64,000 nt of DNA, from positions 62,001 through 126,000 of the IMG/VR virus record IMGVR_UViG_3300046660_000219; one strand, written 5' to 3'. The notes beneath the pieces are model-generated. The model saw only the letters and a list, made by a program, of their open reading frames with translations, had not been told where the DNA came from and ran no database searches. The position numbers were made by a program, and so were the translations under genes. Each line of letters starts with the position of its first letter. The stretch's first letter is position 1. Positions 46,035-53,556 of the stretch are shown piece by piece.

Positions 46035-46075
46035 GTTATAGGAGCGATCGGCTCTAACCATTGAGCTAAGGGTCC
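46035..46075 (-). pseudogene. 5' fragment of disrupted tRNA(CAT)
   Basis: ggaccct-ta-gctc-aatggtta-gagc-c-gatcg-ctc[ct]ataac; ggaccct pairs with agggtct of the 3' fragment. Confidence 0.85.
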
Positions 46076-46099
46076 GCCTAGAGTTTGGATTTAGTTAGT

Positions 46100-46190
46100 T
46101 GGTACCGGGGAAGGGACTCGAACCCTCAAGGCCATTACTAGCCCAACGGTTTTTAAGACCGTCGCGTATCACCATTTCCGCCACCCCGGC
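46100..46190 (-). tRNA. trnL: tRNA-Leu(TAA)
   Basis: gccgggg/ccccggt-a-cca; acggt-cttaaaa-accgt; long variable arm. Confidence 0.92.
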
Positions 46191-46204
46191 ACATTACTAA
46201 CACA

Positions 46205-46406
46205 CCCCAAAGCTTCCGAAAGATACACAAAACGTCCAGCCGGTGCAGCGACTCTCGCCCTTTTAATCGGGCTCTCAGAATCATCTACACCTTAAGATCA
46301 TTCCATCTAAAACTGTACGCACACCTTTCAACTCACTTATTTAGCGCGAGTGTTAATAGGTGTCAGGCCGCGTATCCTGTTTGTGTACCTGTCGCAAACT
46401 TTGGCC
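46205..46406 (-). ncRNA. Candidate ~200-nt structured ncRNA
   Basis: 5'/3' end pairing ccaaagttt/aagctttgg and aggtacacaaa/tttgtgtatct, plus internal stems. Confidence 0.55.
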
Positions 46407-46422
46407 TTTAAAGTAGGTGGCG

Positions 46423-46496
46423 CGAACCCTGTTGGATTTGAACCAACAACCCCGCACTTAGAAGGCGCGTGCTCTATCCTGGTGAGCTAAGGGTTC
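46423..46496 (-). tRNA. trnR: tRNA-Arg(TCT)
   Basis: gaaccct/agggttc; cgcgc-cttctaa-gtgcg; followed by cgcca rather than cca. Confidence 0.9.
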
Positions 46497-46503
46497 TCAC
46501 CTT

Positions 46504-46680
46504 GTATGTGCGAGCCGCCGAACACTCTGGGCGGTGGGGTGCTTTGAGTGTTCGGCTAGCTCTAACCGCCTTACATAAACACAGGCAGGCGGCTTTTCGG
46601 AGGCAATGCCTCTCATCAAAACGGCGTTTAGGCGGGTGCTCATACCGTTTCGAAGATCACCCGGTATTCGCCGTGAGCTT
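46504..46680. ncRNA. Candidate pseudoknotted RNA(s) between terminase and tRNA cluster
   Basis: 11-bp stem gccgaacactc/gagtgttcggc with loop ggcggt complementary to accgcc; further stems acggcg/cgccgt and ataccg/cggtat. Confidence 0.5.
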
Positions 46681-46753
46681 GCAACACGACTACTGAGCGG
46701 GTGAGCCCGTAGAATAAGCACCATAGACAAACAAGTCAAGATCCCTGTCTAGA

Positions 46754-49174
46754 CTAGGCCGCCGCACGACGAACCATGCCTAGAGACCCGCCGCCCTGGC
46801 TGGACGAGGAAGAGCCACCAGTGCCGTATGAGCGCTTCGCACCCATGGCATTACTGACTACGCCAGTGCTACCTTCGCGCCCTCTAGCGACTACACCTAG
46901 GATAGCTCTACGTGTTCCTTGTGAGTACGTCGCGAAGTGTTCGGCAAGTTCCGGGTCCGTAGTGATGTGCCAACCAAGAACGATAGCGCGGAACAAATCA
47001 TCAGTTGCGCCTTCTGGCTTGCTTACCGTTACGCCGGGCAAGTCCTGCACACCGACAAGCTGATAAAGCAAGTGCGCAATCGGCTTGCCAGCAAAAGGTA
47101 TAGGATAGCCCGGTTGTCGCGCCAGTCGCATCGCTTCTTTGGGCTTCACCTCAAGCGCGGGTAGGCGCATGAAGTTGTCGTAGATCGCTGACTGTCGAAA
47201 TTGTTCAAACTCCGGATATTTCAACGAATGGGTAAGAGGTGTGATACCTTCCTCTTCTTCCATTTGTTGTAATAGTTGGATCGATTGCCAACGGTCGGCG
47301 CACAACACAGAGGCGCTGTAGTGTTGGATTAGTGGCTGTACGACGTTGCGGATAATCGACGGGAAGTGGGCCGGAGCATCTTTCGACAAGATCAACTCGG
47401 CGGCGAACCGCACACGCGCTTTGTTACCTTTTTCACCACACTTCTCGACGACAGCCACCGCGAAGCTGTTGTTCACAGAGCCCGCGTCGATGAACACACC
47501 ACAGGGTCCACCGTTGTACTCGCGATGGAACTTTACCTTTCCGGTGGTTTGTAACCCGCCCGATTTGTTTTTGAACACGCGGGTTTCTAGTGTCGCGTCG
47601 TTACCGGTTTTGCCATGGAAAGTGTTCTTGAGCGCTGACAGCATCAGGAATGGCGAACCAGACACCGGCGGAATGGCTGCGTAGTCGCGTGCAGCGGTAA
47701 CTGGGTTCTTGCGGTAGGCTTCGACGATGATCGGGCTGTCTCGCGAAATAGTAGGATTGATCTCCCACGTAGCCGCACGGTAACCGTACATGGTCTTGGA
47801 GCCACGCGATTGCTCGTGCAGCTTCATGATCATATCTTTTTGCGACGCCGGGCTCGAAATATTGTAGAAGTAGCCCATTGGGATGTTATTGTTCCCGGCG
47901 ATCAAGGCCTTGTACGCCGCGTCACGTACCGTGGTTAGTGAGCGCTCTAGCGAGATGTACACTTCTTCCGCATCCATGCGGTCGTAAGCCTTACCGCCTT
48001 TGGTTAGGCCCATGTTCATGTGGCCGATTTCGTCCACCGCCGCCGAGACACGCGTACGACCACGTGACGTCTTCTTGTTAGGTCCGCTAGGTGTGTACAG
48101 AAGGTTGCGGTGACGGTACCGCAAATAGGTATCTTTGAGATTGTACAGCTCGACGCCAATTCGTCTACCGGTCTGGTCCAACATCGCGTGGTACTGTTGA
48201 AACCACGGGAAGTCATTCAGCATATTGGTAAGCGGGTCCCAGAGGTTTTCTTTGGCCTGGGCGAACGTTAGAGCGACAAAGGTAGCTTGTAGTTGTTGTG
48301 ACCCGGCGATGTTAAACATCGCTTGCGGGTTCTGCGACTTGAGCAGGCGGTGCAAGTCGTATGTGACTTGCAGCATGACTTGGAAGGTCTTCGACGCCCG
48401 CTGGCCCGCCAGACCAGCCAGTTCATTGTATGGATTGAACGTCTCTTCCGCGACTAGTTCTGACTTCGTCGTGTGACAACGCGGGCAGACGCCAAACTCC
48501 AAAAAGGTAACGCGATCTTGAAAGTCTTCAATGCTTGCGTCAACCGGAACATTGGCCCACCATTTGCGATCGGTGCACTTTGGGTTAGGGCACCATTCGT
48601 TGAACAGTCGCGTCGGGTGTTCGATCTGCTTAGCCCACGGCGTGAATGACGGCGTGCGCGCGAACGCCGTATCAGTCACCCACGTGAAATAGTTAGGCGC
48701 AGTAGGAATGTCGCGATCGTCAATGCGCGAGTCTTGCGCAACGACACCTGACGATTGCAGCACTTGCTCGATCATTCGCTCAAGCGCACGCTCCTTGGAG
48801 CGTGCCTGTCCCGGTGTCCACTCCATACCCTTTCGCATGAGCATATCAGTGGCGACAGGTTTAGTGCGGGGCGGTACGTCGTGCCCGAAGCTTTCAACCT
48901 CCGTAACAGTAAGCAATCGCTTGGAGTAACTGGTGCACAGATAGTTGTAGTTCTTGGCCGGATCTAGACACTGCGAGAACTTACTACAGCCCATGCACGA
49001 GTTGTGTTTACTGGCAACCAGTCTTTGGCCTAGCTTACCTTTTTCTACCTTAGATTGTACCTCGGGCTCGTGTTTCGGCGCGGGGCGCACAGGCCGCACA
49101 GGCTTAGTCATTTTTGGCGCAGGCTTACTAGACTTGAGCGTCGGGCGTTTCTTTACAGAGAACAGCGAAGCCAT
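46754..49174 (-). CDS. terL: Terminase large subunit
   Basis: AGQRASKT Walker A, AAVDEIGH Walker B, ISSP, nuclease FIDAG...ADRWQ...TDDL. Confidence 0.9.
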   Translation of the reverse strand: MASLFSVKKRPTLKSSKPAPKMTKPVRPVRPAPKHEPEVQSKVEKGKLGQRLVASKHNSCMGCSKFSQCLDPAKNYNYLCTSYSKRLLTVTEVESFGHDVPPRTKPVATDMLMRKGMEWTPGQARSKERALERMIEQVLQSSGVVAQDSRIDDRDIPTAPNYFTWVTDTAFARTPSFTPWAKQIEHPTRLFNEWCPNPKCTDRKWWANVPVDASIEDFQDRVTFLEFGVCPRCHTTKSELVAEETFNPYNELAGLAGQRASKTFQVMLQVTYDLHRLLKSQNPQAMFNIAGSQQLQATFVALTFAQAKENLWDPLTNMLNDFPWFQQYHAMLDQTGRRIGVELYNLKDTYLRYRHRNLLYTPSGPNKKTSRGRTRVSAAVDEIGHMNMGLTKGGKAYDRMDAEEVYISLERSLTTVRDAAYKALIAGNNNIPMGYFYNISSPASQKDMIMKLHEQSRGSKTMYGYRAATWEINPTISRDSPIIVEAYRKNPVTAARDYAAIPPVSGSPFLMLSALKNTFHGKTGNDATLETRVFKNKSGGLQTTGKVKFHREYNGGPCGVFIDAGSVNNSFAVAVVEKCGEKGNKARVRFAAELILSKDAPAHFPSIIRNVVQPLIQHYSASVLCADRWQSIQLLQQMEEEEGITPLTHSLKYPEFEQFRQSAIYDNFMRLPALEVKPKEAMRLARQPGYPIPFAGKPIAHLLYQLVGVQDLPGVTVSKPEGATDDLFRAIVLGWHITTDPELAEHFATYSQGTRRAILGVVARGREGSTGVVSNAMGAKRSYGTGGSSSSSQGGGSLGMVRRAAA

Positions 49175-49195
49175 GGAAAGCTTACCTTGAAATGG

Positions 49196-49846
49196 TTACG
49201 ACTTGGTCAGGTAGTTAAGTGTATTCATCAACTGGGTACGTTCGTCATCTTCCGGCGTACGCTTATTGCGCTTGTTTGGATCTACGTCGCCACCAAACTT
49301 TCGCGCCAAGAACGCATCGACGATTTTTGCCCGCAACGCAGAGTCGTCAATCATCTCGCGCACGTTACTCACAAACAGCGCGATATCCATCAGCATCGTT
49401 ACACTTTTTGTGACCGATTGATGCGCCCGATTATCGAGTTGAATGCTCGGCAGCGCAGCGTCTTCAAACTGTGCATTGGCTTCTTCGATGGCTTCAACCA
49501 AAGCAAGTGCACGCAAGGTCAGATCGACGTAACGATCGGCATACTTTTTCGTGACACCTTGCTTGCGCAAAATGTATGGCATGCCGGGATCAGCATAGAG
49601 GCGCTGTTCCATTTGAATTCGACGGTGACGCGCCAAGATTGCCTCCGGACCGTTAGGCTCGGAGGCAATCTTCCGGCTAGCGTGCAAAGAGCGTAGCGCT
49701 GCCTTGTAGTCTACCTTTTCACTGATAGACTTGACGGGCTTCGCGTTGCTCTGGAACGGTTCTGTAAGCTTCGACACGTTCACAGTGACGCCGCGTGCTT
49801 TCGGCGACGGCTTCGCGACTGATACGTCGCGCCTGCGCTTGCTCAT
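49196..49846 (-). CDS. Hypothetical protein upstream of terL (small terminase candidate)
   Basis: Basic N-terminus, helical; adjacent to terL. Confidence 0.5.
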   Translation of the reverse strand: MSKRRRDVSVAKPSPKARGVTVNVSKLTEPFQSNAKPVKSISEKVDYKAALRSLHASRKIASEPNGPEAILARHRRIQMEQRLYADPGMPYILRKQGVTKKYADRYVDLTLRALALVEAIEEANAQFEDAALPSIQLDNRAHQSVTKSVTMLMDIALFVSNVREMIDDSALRAKIVDAFLARKFGGDVDPNKRNKRTPEDDERTQLMNTLNYLTKS

Positions 49847-52616
49847 TCTTATCAACCTTTTCACGCGATCCGATATTGTACTTGGTCTTCAAGGCTTCGA
49901 ATTGCTCGTGCGACAAACGCACAGCTCCGTTGCCTTTAGACTTACGCGCCGGGCTGACCAAAGCCAACCAAACAGATAGGTCTCTCTTGTAACGATGATC
50001 ACTTACTGTTTCGGCTACAGGCACGCCGCGCCAGCGGTTAGTCAGGGTGACCATGTGCTCTAGTTGCGCGTCACTCAAATAGGTAAGCTTGTTTTCAGCC
50101 GGCCATTCCATGCGAACCAGTCGGCCGTGATCGCCCTTAGCGAAGCGTAATACGCGACGATTACCGTCTTCTAGACGACGCTGATCTAGCTTCCATCGCC
50201 GATTTACCGGCTTGGCGAAGTTAGGCAGGTTGACGCCCTGACGATCTTCGAATAGCACCGCATTGGTTTCCCACGAATTGGTAGCCGCTGACGGATCAAC
50301 GACGTCCGAGATTTGCTGAGTGCCGTCGTGTTCTTCCGAGTAGCGTTTGACCAACGATAGATCTTGGATACGTAGCTTCTCGCGCTTGCCTTTGGCTTCC
50401 ATTACTTTTTTGATGGCAGCTTGTACGAAGGCAATACGTTTTTGATGCGCAGCACGCTCGCTAGGCGTAGCGCGTCGCTTGAACGATTTGTCACGCTCGT
50501 TGTTAAGCACGCTCGCCAGTTCCGGAGCCTTTTGCGAATCCACGGTGCTACGCAGCCCAGCCAACGAGCTTTGCATTTTGATGATGTCTTCGGCAAGCAC
50601 GTCAAAACCGTAAGTAGTCTCTGCCTTGATCGTATCATACAGTTTCAACACAGCCTTGGCTTGCTCCGCCATTTGCTCGCGGTTCAGCCCAGCAACCTTA
50701 TTTTCCACCAGGGCGTCGAGCGCTTGGCGGCGCGCGAACGCCCCCTTACCGTATTTAGTGCGCTGTTCATTGACAGCGGCTTGAGCCAAGGCCAATTCCG
50801 ATACAGAGTTGGCGACCACATCTTGTGTTCTCTTGGCTTTGGTGTGGTCGGTATCCCACGGCGCATCGTCTGACGCGGAGACATCGACCGAATGAACTCC
50901 TCCCGCGAATCCGCCTCCAGTAACCGCGACGCTCGTCCCCTTCGGCCGATCAGGGTCTTCCATTGATCGTCTACCATTAGGGCCATTTACGTTGACCTCT
51001 TTGTAACGAGCTTGCGGATCTTTGTAGGCTTCCATATCAGCGATTGCGTTGTTGACCATCTCTTCGATAGTCTTATCGCGCAAGTCCACATCGATGATCT
51101 TGGAGAACTTTGGAACGACCTCCATCACGAACTTGAAGCGACGGCCACCGCGCGCCTTGTCCACGTGGATACATAGGTAGGTGCGACCATCATAAACAAG
51201 GGTAGACCACGCCCAAACCAAGTCAGCATGATCCTTCATCGCCGTAGCGTACTTGAGTTCCGGCCGACCTTCGGTGAAGCGCATTTGCGCCGCCAGAACG
51301 ACAGTGCGACCCGAGACATTGGCATACACTTTCGCATCACGCGTAAGACCGTCCAGGGCTTGCCATTGCGCGGTATTACCCTCGCCACGCGCGCCAGCCA
51401 ACAGGCCGATATAGTCAACGTAGAGAACTTCCGCGTCGATCGACTCGGCGTGCGCGACAATCCAATCCCACGTCACACTTTGCGCCGGGGAAATCAGGGT
51501 CCAGTTGGCCCAGATCTCCTTTACGGTTTCGACGATGCGTGCGACGTTCTTCTCTAGGTTAGCCGCTCGCGTGTTCTCTACAATTTCTCGTAGGACGTCG
51601 ATGCTAGCGAGATTGGCAAAGAAGCGCTGATAGCACTGGTCTTCGTCCATCTCCAAAGAGTAGAACGCTACGCGCTTACCTTCAGCCGCTTGATTAATGG
51701 CGTGCTGAAGCATCATCACGGATTTATAGTTACTGGTGTCCGCACCGAACATGATCAGTGACTTGGGCTTAGACCCGCCGTTCACTCGATCGTAGGCTTT
51801 CATGCCCGTGGCATTGAGAACTTCTTGTCGCGACATCACCCGCATGGCGACGCTGAACAGATCTGTGTTTTCTGGGCCGGAGTCCGACGCGCCGCCGCTA
51901 ACAGAAATAGTACTAGAGTCGAAGCCCTGCGACAGGTTGGCGGCTTCACGTTGGAAGGTAGACAACGCCGTGTCTACATCCATACCGTCTTGACGCACCA
52001 TGTCACCGACGCGGTTCAACGCTTCGTACAGTTTCCGCTTCTTGGCGTAGTCATCCATGGTGCGGAACAGCGCGCGATACTGCTGATCCTTGCGGCACGG
52101 CTTGATGTGGTGCGCAACAATAGTAGCACTGATACGCTCACGCGACGCAACGCTGATAGACGGCTCGTTGAGCAACGTCTGGAAATCAGGAATAGTACCT
52201 GTGCGTTGATGTAGGAACTTGACGCGCTTAAAAGCGATTTTCACTTCCTGCGTGTGGAAGTGCTGTTCAGTCAAGTTACCCAGCATGGCAACGCTGGACG
52301 TCGTACTTTGACAGATCGACATCAGCGCCTTGATTTCAAGGGCGACGTTCTCACCCTTGGTGTCACGCGACGTGATGACTACTGTTTCTTCTTCGGGGAT
52401 AGCCGCACCCGCGCCGTCTTCTTCGAGAATGGTATCGCGAGCGATCTTACGCTTAGGACGGGCGACGTCGCGTTGCAGCGTACGCCGGCGCTTATCCCTA
52501 CGGTTTTCGTCCACTTCTCGGCGCAAACGGCTCTTACCCGCGCGCGGCTGCGTCGTATCGCGCCGCTTGATAGGCTTTTCGTCGTTGCTGTTTAGTTGGG
52601 CGTTAGCTAGCTTCAT
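49719..52616 (-). CDS. dnaB: DnaB-like replicative helicase with long extensions
   Basis: VAFYSLEM, LYVDYIGLL, VVLAAQ, DHADLVW, HVDKARGG. Confidence 0.85.
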   Translation of the reverse strand: MKLANAQLNSNDEKPIKRRDTTQPRAGKSRLRREVDENRRDKRRRTLQRDVARPKRKIARDTILEEDGAGAAIPEEETVVITSRDTKGENVALEIKALMSICQSTTSSVAMLGNLTEQHFHTQEVKIAFKRVKFLHQRTGTIPDFQTLLNEPSISVASRERISATIVAHHIKPCRKDQQYRALFRTMDDYAKKRKLYEALNRVGDMVRQDGMDVDTALSTFQREAANLSQGFDSSTISVSGGASDSGPENTDLFSVAMRVMSRQEVLNATGMKAYDRVNGGSKPKSLIMFGADTSNYKSVMMLQHAINQAAEGKRVAFYSLEMDEDQCYQRFFANLASIDVLREIVENTRAANLEKNVARIVETVKEIWANWTLISPAQSVTWDWIVAHAESIDAEVLYVDYIGLLAGARGEGNTAQWQALDGLTRDAKVYANVSGRTVVLAAQMRFTEGRPELKYATAMKDHADLVWAWSTLVYDGRTYLCIHVDKARGGRRFKFVMEVVPKFSKIIDVDLRDKTIEEMVNNAIADMEAYKDPQARYKEVNVNGPNGRRSMEDPDRPKGTSVAVTGGGFAGGVHSVDVSASDDAPWDTDHTKAKRTQDVVANSVSELALAQAAVNEQRTKYGKGAFARRQALDALVENKVAGLNREQMAEQAKAVLKLYDTIKAETTYGFDVLAEDIIKMQSSLAGLRSTVDSQKAPELASVLNNERDKSFKRRATPSERAAHQKRIAFVQAAIKKVMEAKGKREKLRIQDLSLVKRYSEEHDGTQQISDVVDPSAATNSWETNAVLFEDRQGVNLPNFAKPVNRRWKLDQRRLEDGNRRVLRFAKGDHGRLVRMEWPAENKLTYLSDAQLEHMVTLTNRWRGVPVAETVSDHRYKRDLSVWLALVSPARKSKGNGAVRLSHEQFEALKTKYNIGSREKVDKNEQAQARRISREAVAESTRRHCERVEAYRTVPEQREARQVYQ

Positions 52617-52635
52617 ACGCGGTTACCCCTGTAGA

Positions 52636-52686
52636 GATAAATTAGACCGCAAAAGGCCCCGTGCCGGGTTAGCAGCGACGGGGCCT
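52636..52686 (-). terminator. Terminator followed by CTAATTTAT motif
   Basis: aggccccgt...acggggcctttt then gcggtctaatttatc upstream of dnaB SD. Confidence 0.75.
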
Positions 52687-52778
52687 CGTGGTTAGCGGCT
52701 ATAGGCGGTATTTCGTCTAAGACGGTACAAAGTACAGGTCGGAAGTTGAGGACTAAATGGAATATGTCTAGAGCCTAT

Positions 52779-53171
52779 TTAATCGCTTCTAGCTTGGTTT
52801 TTACGCACCATTTTTACTGTGTAATCTAGCTTCAACTTGGCGTCCAGCAGATCCATAAACCTACAACCACTAGATAAAAGGTATACTAAGATAGACATGC
52901 TAGAGAATAATGGATTACGCGTCCGCACATAATCACTAACTGGTGAGGTCGTAAGTGAATTAGCAACGACCTCCCGCGCACACCGTGTTAGATGATCGAA
53001 TAATTCGATACGCTCCCAGGTATCTCGCGACAGATTCGGAAGCTCCTTATCGCGGATCTCGTAGTACGTAGAGCGCGACATGCCGCCCAGAAGCTTTAGT
53101 CGCTCTGGTACTGACAGTTTCCATTCATTCGCAGCGCGAACGAAGGTTGAAAAGGTTACCGCAGGGCTCAT
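52779..53171 (-). CDS. Xre/MbcA-like antitoxin homolog (orphan)
   Basis: FVRAANEWKLSVPERLKLLGGMSRSTY...LSRDTWERIE...RNPLF pattern; visibly AT-rich. Confidence 0.65.
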   Translation of the reverse strand: MSPAVTFSTFVRAANEWKLSVPERLKLLGGMSRSTYYEIRDKELPNLSRDTWERIELFDHLTRCAREVVANSLTTSPVSDYVRTRNPLFSSMSILVYLLSSGCRFMDLLDAKLKLDYTVKMVRKNQARSD

Positions 53172-53177
53172 CTACCA

Positions 53178-53546
53178 TTACTCACGACGTACGCGGGGCT
53201 CGACAGGATCAGACACGAAAACAAAGGTGGAGTACAGGAAACAGTCACCCGTGTAAGGTTCATCGTGAATGGTACACACGCGCAAGTGTGGACCTAGCTT
53301 CGGAAAGTCGTTGTTCACGTCACCGGTGAATTTGACAATGGTATCAACTCGTGGCCCTTGCAGCGGATCATGTGCAACCCGCTTGTCTTCCGCCCACGGT
53401 CCTTCGATGTAAAAGCGAAGCAAAGTACCCGGCGCTAGATGCTGTACAGCGTCCGAGGTCAAGCGAACACCGAAACGTTTAGCGGGTGGAATGTGATGCC
53501 ACGCCGATACGTGGTTGTGCGGAATTATCGGATATACGTCTTGCAT
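53178..53546 (-). CDS. Hypothetical protein
   Basis: SD aaaggta before MQDVY. Confidence 0.65.
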   Translation of the reverse strand: MQDVYPIIPHNHVSAWHHIPPAKRFGVRLTSDAVQHLAPGTLLRFYIEGPWAEDKRVAHDPLQGPRVDTIVKFTGDVNNDFPKLGPHLRVCTIHDEPYTGDCFLYSTFVFVSDPVEPRVRRE

Positions 53547-53556
53547 GTCGTTACCT

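Noticed and set aside
46594-46619. Confident hammerhead ribozyme call
   Set aside because: U instead of C3, extra nucleotides around GAAA and no convincing stem I; kept only as a low-confidence finding
48990-49010. Intein terminus (His-Asn-Ser) in terminase
   Set aside because: Only ~57 residues from the N-terminus with no intein block A or LAGLIDADG motifs; no intein signatures seen in PolA, DnaB or RecA either
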